32,000 nucleotides of DNA from Candidatus Saccharimonadota bacterium (GCA_963705375.1 OY970071.1:360001-392000), one strand, 5' to 3'. Positions 6,492-15,582 are shown, counted from the stretch's first letter. The notes: a model not told the origin generated them from the sequence alone. A program made the numbers and translations.

Positions 6492-6603
6492 CGGGCTCGG
6501 CGGGAATCTCTTAAACTTTAAAACCAATAGTCTAAAGTTTATTTTGAACCCGCGACCTTCACCTTAGGAGGATGTCGCTCTATCCAAACTGAGCTACGAG
6601 CCC
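6492..6603 (-). tRNA. tRNA-Arg (anticodon CCU) with a 37-nt intron in the T-loop (position 59/60)
   Basis: Exon 1 (6603..6543): GGGCTCG TA GCTC AGTTTGGATA GAGC G ACATC CTCCTAA GGTGA AGGTC GCGGG TTCAAA. Intron: 6542..6506. Exon 2 (6505..6492): T CCCGC CGAGCCC G. Only after removing the intron do the T-stem, the 7-nt TTCAAAT loop and the acceptor stem form. The junctions sit in a BHB-like fold. Confidence 0.8.
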
Positions 6604-6624
6604 GCGCCTAATTGGAATAAGGAT

Positions 6625-6632
6625 TATTTATA
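6625..6632 (-). promoter_or_regulatory. TATA box (TATAAATA) for tRNA-Arg
   Basis: The minus strand reads atgTAAggTATAAATAatccttattccaattaggcgc|GGGCTCG. The box ends 21 nt upstream of tRNA nucleotide 1 and directly follows the argS stop codon. Confidence 0.5.
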
Positions 6633-6634
6633 CC

Positions 6635-8533
6635 TTACATTTTTCTTGGGGCATCTATGCCGAGAATGCTGAGCACGCGCGCCATGGTACTTGAGAACGC
6701 AGAAGTAATAGCGAGCCTTGCGCTGCGCTGCTTCTCGTCCTGCGCTTTCAATATAGGGACATTCTCGTAGAATCCGCTGAAAGTGGATGCCAGGTCGCTG
6801 GCGTATTCCGCCAATGCATTAGGCCGCAGCTCTTTGCATGCCTTTTCTACCACAGGATTGAGTAGCGATATCTGCCTTATGAGCGCAAATTCGGGATCTG
6901 AGCATGCTAAAGAGAAGTCGGCATCGAGTGCATCGACATTGTTGAAGCGACCGTCTTCCAAAAGCCGGATGGCCCTTGCGTGCATGTACTGGCAGTACGG
7001 TCCGGAAGCGCCCTCGAAGTTAAGCGCGCGCTCCCATGTGAACTGGAACTGCTTTTCAGGAGAAAAGCGTAGATATTCGAACTTTATAGAGGCTATCGCG
7101 ACGCTCTTCGCTATCTTTTCAGCCTCTTCGTGCGACAGCGTAAACTTCGACCCCATCGCAGACCTCGCCTTGACAGTCGCCTCTTCCAGGAGATGGTCGG
7201 CAGTATAGCCTTCTAGCCATGTGCCCTTCCTTCCAGAAAGGCCACCCTCAACCTCGACGTTGCCGTAGCTCATGTGGACTATGCTGCCCACATCATGGTC
7301 CGCACTTATGAGCTTGAACGCGAAAGATAGTATCATTTGAGGCAGCGCCTGCCTTGCGTCAATTATGTTTATCGCAAGCCTAGAACCGCCGAAGCCCATG
7401 CTCTTGCCCTCTTTCGACGTCGTATAGATGGGCTTGCCGTCAGGACGCTTCACCATGAATTCCGAATACTTGAAAGTGTTCGCCAATATTCCAAGTTTCC
7501 ACATATGGTGCGCGATGTCCTTGCCGAGATACGTCGGCGTGCCATCGCTGCGCACTATTACACGGACATCCTCGCGCAGGCCGGCCAACGCGGGAGGCAG
7601 GTCTTTGAGCGCATTGATGTTGATCACTACACAGCCTGCATATTTGCCGTCCTTCGGCCTTTCAATGACCTTGAGCTTTTCAAGCGCAGAAAGGGCCTTG
7701 CTCACCAGATTCTCACGTATGATATCGCTTTCCCAGACCAGCAGGTCATGGCTGATGTTGTAGTTGAAAGAGGTTTCGTACTGCGCGGCAAGGCACCGGG
7801 ACGCGAGCTGTCGCGCGAGTTCAGCCTCGTATGTCCCATCCTGCTCCATCAGGCTGGAGACTTTTGCGACTTCAGCCTTGACTTTCTCATCGCTCTCTAT
7901 CGCCTTGTTAACTTCGACATACTGCTCTCCGAGCCAGTAGTCGAACTTGCCTTTGGCCTTGTCGCTCAGGCGCATGTAACCCCAAAGGCTCTCGGCCACC
8001 TGTATACCAAGATCGTCGATATAGTTCTCGCGCACAACATCATAGCCGCACGCACGATGCATGTTTGAGACGACATCGCCCAGAATGGCGTTCCTCAGAT
8101 GTCCGACGTGCCACGGTTTGTTCGGGTTGATGCTTGGCGATTCTACGCATACCTTGGTGTGGTTGCCGAATTCCGCCACGGTATCGCCAGCAGAAATGGC
8201 AGAAACCACCACTTTCTTTGAGAAGGATGACCTGTCAAGATGGAAGTTCAGATACGAATTTTCTACTGTGACTTTGTTGACGCATTCCGGCACATTCATT
8301 CCGTTTTTGATTTGCGTTGCCAGCTCAGTCGGGTTTTTCTTGTACCTCTTTGCAAGACTGAACGCCACTGACGAAGAGATGTCCCCGAATGCTTTGGACA
8401 TACCTATGGTCGATTCTAGCGCTTCGCAGTAATACCCCATCTTTGCTATTGATTTTGCCAGAGCTTCGGATATCTCTACCATTGCGCCTTCGTAAGGCGA
8501 TTTCACCACATTATCGTTACGGTCCATACTCAC
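6635..8533 (-). CDS. argS: arginine--tRNA ligase
   Basis: 632 aa. It has a class I HIGH-type motif (PNKPWHVGHLRNAILGD) and the overall ArgRS layout with a C-terminal anticodon-binding helical domain. Confidence 0.9.
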   Translation of the reverse strand: MSMDRNDNVVKSPYEGAMVEISEALAKSIAKMGYYCEALESTIGMSKAFGDISSSVAFSLAKRYKKNPTELATQIKNGMNVPECVNKVTVENSYLNFHLDRSSFSKKVVVSAISAGDTVAEFGNHTKVCVESPSINPNKPWHVGHLRNAILGDVVSNMHRACGYDVVRENYIDDLGIQVAESLWGYMRLSDKAKGKFDYWLGEQYVEVNKAIESDEKVKAEVAKVSSLMEQDGTYEAELARQLASRCLAAQYETSFNYNISHDLLVWESDIIRENLVSKALSALEKLKVIERPKDGKYAGCVVININALKDLPPALAGLREDVRVIVRSDGTPTYLGKDIAHHMWKLGILANTFKYSEFMVKRPDGKPIYTTSKEGKSMGFGGSRLAINIIDARQALPQMILSFAFKLISADHDVGSIVHMSYGNVEVEGGLSGRKGTWLEGYTADHLLEEATVKARSAMGSKFTLSHEEAEKIAKSVAIASIKFEYLRFSPEKQFQFTWERALNFEGASGPYCQYMHARAIRLLEDGRFNNVDALDADFSLACSDPEFALIRQISLLNPVVEKACKELRPNALAEYASDLASTFSGFYENVPILKAQDEKQRSARLAITSAFSSTMARVLSILGIDAPRKM

Positions 8534-10092
8534 ATCTCTGCTGCAACAGGCACCTCTCCGTATTTAGCATCCTTGTCGATAACATCAAAAGTCTTGAGCA
8601 CATCAGGTATCGCATCGACAACGTCTGTAGCCGTTATATGGATGCCTTTCTGCGCAGACAGAATGTCGCCAGCACTTGCATGCGCATGCACCGCAGCCAC
8701 TGCGCATTCGAACACGTTCTTGTGCTTTGAAAGATAGCTTGCAATCATGCCTGAGAGAGCGTCGCCCGTCCCCATCGTTGCGAGCGCAGGGCTTGCCGCC
8801 TTGTTGATCTTCAGCAGTTTACCGTCGGTAATAATAGTATCGTTGCCCTTCAGAACCAGCGTACAGCCATAAAAGCCTGCGAACTTTACCGCGGTGCGTA
8901 TGCGCTCGTGCAGCGGCGAATTGTCAAGCTTTATCCCAGTAAGCGCCTCGAATTCACCCTCATGAGGCGTGAGAACCATGCGCTCTCCGAGCACAGATTT
9001 GTCAAGTGCAGCAGCTCTAAGTGCAGCAGCGTCAAGCACGATCGGCGTGTCGCAGCGCCGCAGTATCTCCAATATTGTGTCGAAACTCTCCTTTGTAGGA
9101 GACATGCCAGAACCGATGGCCATGCTATCGTGCCTTATGCGTAAGATTGTTTCGACATCGTCGCGAGTAATTGTATTACCTGGAAGCGTCCTGACGGCTA
9201 GATTCGGCGATTCCTTCTTGAGCTTTATAGCGGCAATCTTTGGCGCTGCAAGCGTCACGTAGCCCGAACCGGTACGCAGCGCAGCGAACGCAGAAAGCAG
9301 CGGCGCTCCGTGGTATTCCGCACTGCCACCGACAACAAGCACCGCACCAGTGTCATATTTGTTGGCCCTCATGGACCTAGGCTCTGTAGCCAGCATCACA
9401 TCGCCAGGACCGGCCATCAGCTCCATGGCAACAGGAATCCCGACGTCCATCACACAGGACTTGCACTTTGGTTTTTTGCACAGCAAAGATGTCTTTTTGT
9501 TCTTGTGTATGGTGAAGACCTCGTCAGCGCTTATGCTTGGATTGTTGGGTATGCCAGTATTCGCGTTTACGCCTGCAGGCACATCTATCGATACGATGTG
9601 TCTTGCGCGGCTTGTGGCCTTTATGACCTCTCCAAGAAACTTGGATGGTTTGCCTTTCAGGCCTATGCCTATCAACGCATCGACAACGACATCAGCCGAT
9701 TTCACGAGTTTTTCGAGCTCGCCTATGCCGTTCTCATCGATGTCATGCACAGGAGCCAGGGAACTGAGCAACTCGTAATTGAAAGCGGCAGCACTGTTCT
9801 TTATCTCGGACCCGTTGCGCGCAACGGCGATGCTGACGTCCGCGCGGTCCAGCATGTGCCTTGCCACGCTCATGCCAATGGCACCCTTGCCGCCTTTGCC
9901 GCACACGAACAGGAGCTTCTCGCCATCGTAGCTGCGCAGCGCGTGCGCGACAGCCGAGCCGGCATTCTCCACAAGAAGCTTCTCGTCGATGCCCAGTGCG
10001 TCCAGGTTAGCCATCAGAGCGTACACGTCCCTCGGGGCCAGAGTGCCCTTGGTGTACTTTGTAAACTCTTTAAAGCTTTGCACCATCTGCAT
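8530..10092 (-). CDS. nnr: bifunctional NAD(P)H-hydrate repair enzyme (YjeF_N epimerase + ADP-dependent dehydratase)
   Basis: 520 aa. The N-terminal half has LLFVCGKGGKGAIG (YjeF_N-like). The C-terminal half is a carbohydrate-kinase fold (VLVVGGSAEYHGAPLLSA ... GTGDALSGMIA). Its stop overlaps the argS start by 4 nt. Confidence 0.85.
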   Translation of the reverse strand: MQMVQSFKEFTKYTKGTLAPRDVYALMANLDALGIDEKLLVENAGSAVAHALRSYDGEKLLFVCGKGGKGAIGMSVARHMLDRADVSIAVARNGSEIKNSAAAFNYELLSSLAPVHDIDENGIGELEKLVKSADVVVDALIGIGLKGKPSKFLGEVIKATSRARHIVSIDVPAGVNANTGIPNNPSISADEVFTIHKNKKTSLLCKKPKCKSCVMDVGIPVAMELMAGPGDVMLATEPRSMRANKYDTGAVLVVGGSAEYHGAPLLSAFAALRTGSGYVTLAAPKIAAIKLKKESPNLAVRTLPGNTITRDDVETILRIRHDSMAIGSGMSPTKESFDTILEILRRCDTPIVLDAAALRAAALDKSVLGERMVLTPHEGEFEALTGIKLDNSPLHERIRTAVKFAGFYGCTLVLKGNDTIITDGKLLKINKAASPALATMGTGDALSGMIASYLSKHKNVFECAVAAVHAHASAGDILSAQKGIHITATDVVDAIPDVLKTFDVIDKDAKYGEVPVAAEM

Positions 10093-10178
10093 GAAAACTC
10101 CTAATTACTTCTCACTTCCCTTTAATAAATAGTAGGAAATTGACAAGTTAAAGCTTCTTGCACGTGCACTTCGTAAAC

Positions 10179-10388
10179 TCACGGTTTGAGCTCTCCGTTC
10201 GCTATGCGTTCATCAGCTTCGCGCAGATAATTCTCCCAATAGTAATGATCGTCTTTGAAATCGGCCTGAATTTCCGACCTACGTAGTTCTATCCGCTTGT
10301 TATCTTGTAGGTTAGTATGTAGAGTCTGTGTTGGCTTTCCTGTGTTCTCTTGATTTGTCGGAGTTTCTTTTTTACAGTGAGGCATCAT
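10179..10388 (-). CDS. small hypothetical protein (69 aa)
   Basis: It is the only sizeable ORF in this spacer and has a charged, non-repetitive composition. No motif recognised. Confidence 0.3.
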   Translation of the reverse strand: MMPHCKKETPTNQENTGKPTQTLHTNLQDNKRIELRRSEIQADFKDDHYYWENYLREADERIANGELKP

Positions 10389-10685
10389 ATCACTGTATGT
10401 TGCATCTAATCTTTTGGGTATATATAACGTTTGGCTTTTTCTAGGTTGTTTGTTTTCAAGAAGTTGGGGTTATGTAAAATTTTGTGTTGTGCAATCAAAG
10501 GCATCCTGACATTGAAGAAATGATCAAGATTGCAAGAAAAAGACGTTGCGCCTTCTATGATTCGCACAAAAAGGCCATCAAGACATTGCCCATGGCCTAG
10601 TCCCAAGAAGGCTTTCCGGGCAGTGGCGTCTTAAGGCTTTTAAGCTTTGCATGCGAGTCCTTATGCGTAAGCCGAAAAGCTTGCT

Positions 10686-11606
10686 GTGGGTGTTGAAATC
10701 TCAAAAGTGTATAAGCTCAATAACAAACTTGTCATAAACATCCCGTACGATGTTGCGACGTCTCTAGGAATAACCGAAGGCGACGATGTCGACTTCTTCC
10801 AGTATTCCGGGAAGAGCTTCCTTTTCACTAAGAAGGCGGATGTTGCTGAACTGCTTGTGAAATTGAAAGGACAGGGCCAGCCGCAACAGCAAGCGCAACC
10901 GCAACAGCAGCACGAGGCAAAAGGCAAAGAAACTGAACCAGACCAGCGCGAACTTTTGCTGCTCAAGAAACTTGACACGATACGCTATGGCGAGCGCACA
11001 AAGACGAAGGTAGACGGCATGCTGAATCCAGAAGAGAAGGACACGCTACAGAAGCTGCTCAAGAAAGGCTTTGTCACACTGTTCAAGAAGAGCAATGAGA
11101 GCGAATTCAAGTACGGAATAGAGAAGCACATATACGATATGTTCCTATTCGGCAAGCGCACCTATCCAGGAAAGCAGGGAGCACCTGCAAAGCCGCAGAT
11201 GCCAGCATTCAACACACAGAGGCAGGCGGTGCAAAGACAAGCGGCGCCGGTGCAGGCACAAGGAAACAGCAACGAGTATGTGAACATGCTGGAATCTAAA
11301 GGCTATCTTGTGCTGAAAAGCGAGGCAGAAGCGGCAAGCGTGTCCGCAGCCATGGAGCTGAGCATAAGGCAGGGGCTAGTTGTCGGCACGCGCGGTTTTG
11401 ACAAGAAGTTCTACATCGCTCTGCGCGACTTCATAAGCAGGAACACACCGAAGCTCTTGAAAATAATCGACAAGAAGAGCGTCGGCATAGATGACATCGC
11501 TAAAGAGGCAGGCATAGACGAGGACGGAGCCAAGGCGGTGCTAGTCTTACTCGCGGAGAGCGGCGAGGTCACAGAAGTACGGAAGGATGTTTTCAGGGCA
11601 GCATGA
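10686..11606 (+). CDS. putative DNA-binding protein: AbrB/SpoVT-like N-terminus, Q/P-rich linker, C-terminal winged-helix-like region
   Basis: N-terminus: KLVINIPYDVATSLGITEGDDVDFF (looped-hinge-helix pattern). Linker: QGQPQQQAQPQQQ. C-terminus: IDDIAKEAGIDEDGAKAVLVLLAESGEVTEV. GTG start. Confidence 0.5.
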   Translation: MGVEISKVYKLNNKLVINIPYDVATSLGITEGDDVDFFQYSGKSFLFTKKADVAELLVKLKGQGQPQQQAQPQQQHEAKGKETEPDQRELLLLKKLDTIRYGERTKTKVDGMLNPEEKDTLQKLLKKGFVTLFKKSNESEFKYGIEKHIYDMFLFGKRTYPGKQGAPAKPQMPAFNTQRQAVQRQAAPVQAQGNSNEYVNMLESKGYLVLKSEAEAASVSAAMELSIRQGLVVGTRGFDKKFYIALRDFISRNTPKLLKIIDKKSVGIDDIAKEAGIDEDGAKAVLVLLAESGEVTEVRKDVFRAA

Positions 11607-11662
11607 AGCACTCTAGTTCTTGAAATGCAGAAGCGACTCTAATGCGTGCCGATGCTAAGCAG

Positions 11663-12619
11663 TCATGCTTCCACAGGACAGCCGACGTCGACATCGTAAA
11701 TCTTTTCTTTCGCGGGCAGACGTCCACTCAAATCGTCTATTTCTATTCTATCAGCAGTTAACACTGCGATGTACGGTTTGTCTCCAGGATACGCGTCGGA
11801 TAATGTCGTCTGAATGGAGAAGACACAGGTCTTGGCATCGTACACAAAGCCACCGCGCCCGTGCTGGTGCGCCCTTAATACGGCGTTCAGATGATTCTTT
11901 TCGATGAACGCGGCAGCTTCGTCCTGTCCGAAAAGGTATCCGGCACCTCTAGGGCTTTCGACATGGCCCGCCATATTGTTGGGATCGTTCCACAAGCACT
12001 GAAGCACCTCTTCATTGTCTGCAGGATCCGCAAGCCTGGGCAATTTGCGCAGCGCGGCGATCTTTGGCGCATCGATAGGGATTCCGCCATGGACCGCAAA
12101 ATATTCCTGGACCTTCTTGCCTGAGCGGTCTAGAACGTTTACATCCGCGGCTACCGGAAGCTCCTTGAAAAGAGCGGAATATATGAGCGCTAGCGCCTTC
12201 TTGTTTCCGACCTTATGCTCGAATTCGTCAGGAAAGTCCTGCGGATACAATGAGCCTATCGGAGACTCGTGGTCGCCTCTTAGCAATATGACAGACTCAG
12301 GATTTCTCATCTTTTCAATCAGTAGCACAGCCAGAAGCTCGCTGCAGGTGTCGCTTCTGTCCACATAATCTCCAAGAAACACGAGGACGAAACCATCAGG
12401 GCCATCTGTGCTCTTTGGAGGATACGCAACAAGTATCTTATTGAGAACGGAAATGCAGCCGTGCGTATCCCCTATCACAGCTATCCTCTGACCTGCAACT
12501 GTAGGTAGCAGAGGTTCCTTCTTGAAGAGCGTGATCGCTTTGTTCAGGTGCTTGTCGTAGAACTCATTTAGCGCATTTTCTTCGCAACGCATAATACGGT
12601 CCTCGAGCTCTTGCAACAC
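11663..12619 (-). CDS. PPP-family serine/threonine protein phosphatase (metallophosphoesterase)
   Basis: The metallophosphoesterase motifs appear in order: GDTHG, GDYVDRS, LRGDHE (a variant of GNHE), then HGG. Confidence 0.8.
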   Translation of the reverse strand: MLQELEDRIMRCEENALNEFYDKHLNKAITLFKKEPLLPTVAGQRIAVIGDTHGCISVLNKILVAYPPKSTDGPDGFVLVFLGDYVDRSDTCSELLAVLLIEKMRNPESVILLRGDHESPIGSLYPQDFPDEFEHKVGNKKALALIYSALFKELPVAADVNVLDRSGKKVQEYFAVHGGIPIDAPKIAALRKLPRLADPADNEEVLQCLWNDPNNMAGHVESPRGAGYLFGQDEAAAFIEKNHLNAVLRAHQHGRGGFVYDAKTCVFSIQTTLSDAYPGDKPYIAVLTADRIEIDDLSGRLPAKEKIYDVDVGCPVEA

Positions 12620-12794
12620 ACCACAACATTATTGCAAACATTGCACACGAGAAATATTTATGAGTTGCTGATTTTTTCACTAAGATCGCAGGAGAACGTT
12701 TCGTAATCAAAATCACAAATCTGTGCAAGTAAACCGCAACAAAAAAGAAGGCATAAGTATCAGGAAATTCCAAATACATAGGTAAGATGGTACC

Positions 12795-13166
12795 GTGATG
12801 TGCGATAAGAGCGTAGAGCCGACTGCTAGAGATCTCAAAAGCGCCGCGAAAATAATGGATCTGGCGAGCCAGTATAAAGAGCTCAGCAACAACGAAAAAA
12901 TATATTATCTGTTGTCGCAGAGACCAACATATATGTTCGTAAGGAGCGGTGATGGATTTAAAGCATATCTTGTCCTCTCAATGGCAATGGTACTAGCGGA
13001 CAGAAACTTCGTGAGAAATTACAACACAGACAGCAACATCGGAGGAAACATAACTTCAATGCTGCGCGTGGATTCGGACCGTGAAAGCTACCCAGGGCAT
13101 AACCAGGAGAGCAGTAGATTCTATGCTGCATTTGCAAGCTACATGAGACAGCGCATCGACGGATGA
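12795..13166 (+). CDS. hypothetical protein
   Basis: 123-aa ORF with a GTG/ATG start. No motif recognised. Confidence 0.45.
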   Translation: MMCDKSVEPTARDLKSAAKIMDLASQYKELSNNEKIYYLLSQRPTYMFVRSGDGFKAYLVLSMAMVLADRNFVRNYNTDSNIGGNITSMLRVDSDRESYPGHNQESSRFYAAFASYMRQRIDG

Positions 13167-13602
13167 CAAGAGGAGTTCAACCAGCACAGAATCAGACTGT
13201 TCCTATCAAGCCAAGAAGTGGTCTACGATCACGACAATCAAGGCGAACACGACAACAGACAAAAGCACCAGCTTCGGCCCCAGCTTCGGCCCCTTTGTAG
13301 GCGCATCATAGAAGCTCATCACGCCCGCTTGCTGACGCGGCGATTGCAATCCCGGCATGCATACACAATATTAACAAAAATATAAATACTGTTGTGCGAC
13401 GGAAGCACCGGAACTTTACCATACGCATATTGAGCTTGTGGCGGTGTTGTGTATTGAAAGCACCAACGCTAGCAAAGAAGCAAACATGGCAGAAATGACT
13501 AAGATCCCGCACCCATACGTCATGAGACACCCATTGCAGATCACGCTCTGATCAGCATAGGAGTTACACTTAGGGATTTCATTATAAAACATATTAACGG
13601 GT

Positions 13603-15546
13603 TCAGGTCAGCGCACCGTAGCTCACAGTAGGCATTATGTTGTTTGGAGGATATGTGCGTGCGCGTATCCAGTATGCATAGGTGTCTGCAGTGCACGTTC
13701 CTGTCGCGCTGCCCACATATATGTCGGCGTAATTAACCACTGGCGTTGTTTGCCAGCTTGTTGCAGTCGTCAGGCCACTGTACACTCCAGACTCATACGG
13801 TGTGTCTGTTTTGGTCGCATAATTCATAGTTATGCTCGTTGGTGCCACAACAACCTGCGAGAACAGATAATAATTAGCTGCGCTGTATGGCATCTTGTTA
13901 GAAGACTGTGACTGGCCAACCTGGTTGTAAATTATGCCTGGCAAAAAGCCCGGATACCAGTACCATTCATACGCCGCGTAATAGCCGTACAAACCAACGG
14001 GTTGGTAGCCACCTCCGTTACCCCACACTCCAACTCCAAAAGGAGCGCCTTCGGGTGCAGGGCCGGAATTATAGAACCCTACTCCAATATCATCTGCAAA
14101 ACAGCCACCATCCTGCCCGTATGAACCGCTGAACTCGATCACTGTTGGCATTGTGGTAAACCCATCATAATAGACTGAAGCGTGTTGTCCATTCAGGTAA
14201 CCACCCTGTCCATGCATCAGCTGGACACCGCCAGTCGATGATGTGCCTCCGTTGAATTGCGCCAGACCCTCAAGCAACCATCCGCTTGGCAGCGAAGCTC
14301 CTTGGAAACCGGCATACAGTAAAAACACACTGACCCCGTTATCGTACTCTCCGTATGTGCTAGAAAGTTGCGGTGCCTCTCCGGAATATCCTCCAGTCCA
14401 TGCAAAAGGCGTAGCTGGAGCACCATACTCTATCCTTATGCTGTTATAACTCGAACCGCTTGCAATGCTTGCCGGCAGTTTTATCCAAAGGCTTGTGGCT
14501 GATTCTGCCCACGCATATACAGGTGTATCTGTTGCAGTATCATAGACGAGCCAGTTCCCTGCAAGGAATGTACCTGATGCAGGCGTTATGTCTATGGCAC
14601 CCAACTGGAAGCCAGGGCCTGTAGCTCCAACCTGTGTGTTGATCACATTTACGCTCTGACACGATGTGATTGCCACAGCGCCATAATTCGACAGCGCACA
14701 GAGCGCAGTGCTGGCGAACTCTGCATTCTCACTGGCGTCCTCTAAAGGCATGGTGAACGTCCACGGGTTCATGCTGTTTGTAGGATAGTAGCCGACCCAT
14801 TCAGAGAATGCAAAACTATCTGACGCTGTTGCCGTGAGTGTGATTGTGGCTCCAGAAAGATAGTTTCCTTCAGGGCAACCTGGCGAATTAGCCGGAGATG
14901 GATCAACACTAGAACCTCCTGTGCCGTATGAGAGCGAGAGAGGATAGCAAGTTGAAGAGGGAATTGTTGTTGTAGCAGAAATTGTTGTGGTAGATGGAAT
15001 TGTTGTAGTGGCAGGGGTTGTTGTGGTGCTTCCACTGCCTCCACCGCCACTTCCTTGACCTGTGACTGTGGCACCTACAGATGCAGCCTGCGTTACAAGA
15101 CCAGATTGGCCACCCTCATCGTACCTCAGCCAGAGGGTTCCAGAAAATGGAGTGCCTAGTGCATTCGAAGATAGTGGACAGGGGAAGTCGACATTCTGCT
15201 GCGCACCTGCAGCAAGAGCAATATTCGCAGGGCTGAAACTGGAAGGCGCGGAAGAGCCGCTAGAGCATGCGACGCCGGTAACAGTCATCTGTTGGGAAGA
15301 TCCTATTGTTGTTGACAACAAACCATTGGAAAGCAGAACAGGATTGGAGCAGAGATATCCCACACGGGATGAACACGATGTACTCATAGCAGCAGTGCGA
15401 GTGTTGAACACACCCAAAGAGAACAATGCAGCAAGCACGACAGCGATGATGAGAATTGCCCATCCGTATGTCATGAGGTATTCCATCGCAGACTGTGCAT
15501 GCTTTTTTTTAGCACTCTTAATCACGGATCGCTTGCCGCCCTTCAT
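13603..15546 (-). CDS. class III signal peptide (type IV pilin-like) surface protein with a Thr/Gly linker, one InlB-B-repeat-like unit and a DUF2341/LamG-like C-terminal region
   Basis: N-terminus: MKGGKRSVIKSAKKKHA|QSAMEYLMTYGWAILIIAVVLAALFSLGVF. A ~150-aa module is shared with 17577..20966. Linker: GSGGGGSGSTTTTPATTTIPSTTTISATTTIPSS. One CYPLSLSYGTGG...GC...F.F.EW.G unit follows. The C-terminal part has WIKLPASIASGSSYNSIRIEYG and AYWIRARTYPPN, a DUF2341/concanavalin-like pattern recognised from memory. Confidence 0.8.
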   Translation of the reverse strand: MKGGKRSVIKSAKKKHAQSAMEYLMTYGWAILIIAVVLAALFSLGVFNTRTAAMSTSCSSRVGYLCSNPVLLSNGLLSTTIGSSQQMTVTGVACSSGSSAPSSFSPANIALAAGAQQNVDFPCPLSSNALGTPFSGTLWLRYDEGGQSGLVTQAASVGATVTGQGSGGGGSGSTTTTPATTTIPSTTTISATTTIPSSTCYPLSLSYGTGGSSVDPSPANSPGCPEGNYLSGATITLTATASDSFAFSEWVGYYPTNSMNPWTFTMPLEDASENAEFASTALCALSNYGAVAITSCQSVNVINTQVGATGPGFQLGAIDITPASGTFLAGNWLVYDTATDTPVYAWAESATSLWIKLPASIASGSSYNSIRIEYGAPATPFAWTGGYSGEAPQLSSTYGEYDNGVSVFLLYAGFQGASLPSGWLLEGLAQFNGGTSSTGGVQLMHGQGGYLNGQHASVYYDGFTTMPTVIEFSGSYGQDGGCFADDIGVGFYNSGPAPEGAPFGVGVWGNGGGYQPVGLYGYYAAYEWYWYPGFLPGIIYNQVGQSQSSNKMPYSAANYYLFSQVVVAPTSITMNYATKTDTPYESGVYSGLTTATSWQTTPVVNYADIYVGSATGTCTADTYAYWIRARTYPPNNIMPTVSYGALT

Positions 15547-15574
15547 AATATCATAAAACTATCAACAAAAAGAG

Positions 15575-15582
15575 ATAAATAA
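15575..15582 (-). promoter_or_regulatory. TATA-like box (TTATTTAT) upstream of 13603..15546
   Basis: The minus strand reads acTTATTTATctctttttgttgatagttttatgatattATG. 28 nt separate the box from the ATG, which is compatible with a very short leader. Confidence 0.35.

Noticed and set aside
7337-8068. 243-aa ORF on the plus strand inside argS
   Set aside because: It is antisense to a gene with clear ArgRS motifs. Its product is R/L/A-rich with no motif. It is a typical shadow ORF of a moderately GC-rich coding strand.
9310-10104. 264-aa plus-strand ORF inside nnr
   Set aside because: It is antisense to a well-supported YjeF_N/YjeF_C gene and has no recognisable domain.
10389-10685. 297-bp spacer searched for a C/D-box sRNA, another ncRNA, or a small basic ORF (MIKIARKRRCAFYDSHKKAIKTLPMA)
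   Set aside because: C-box-like (atgatca) and D-box (ctga) strings are imperfect and wrongly ordered. The 26-codon ORF has no support. The 66-aa track ORF (10406..10606) looks spurious.
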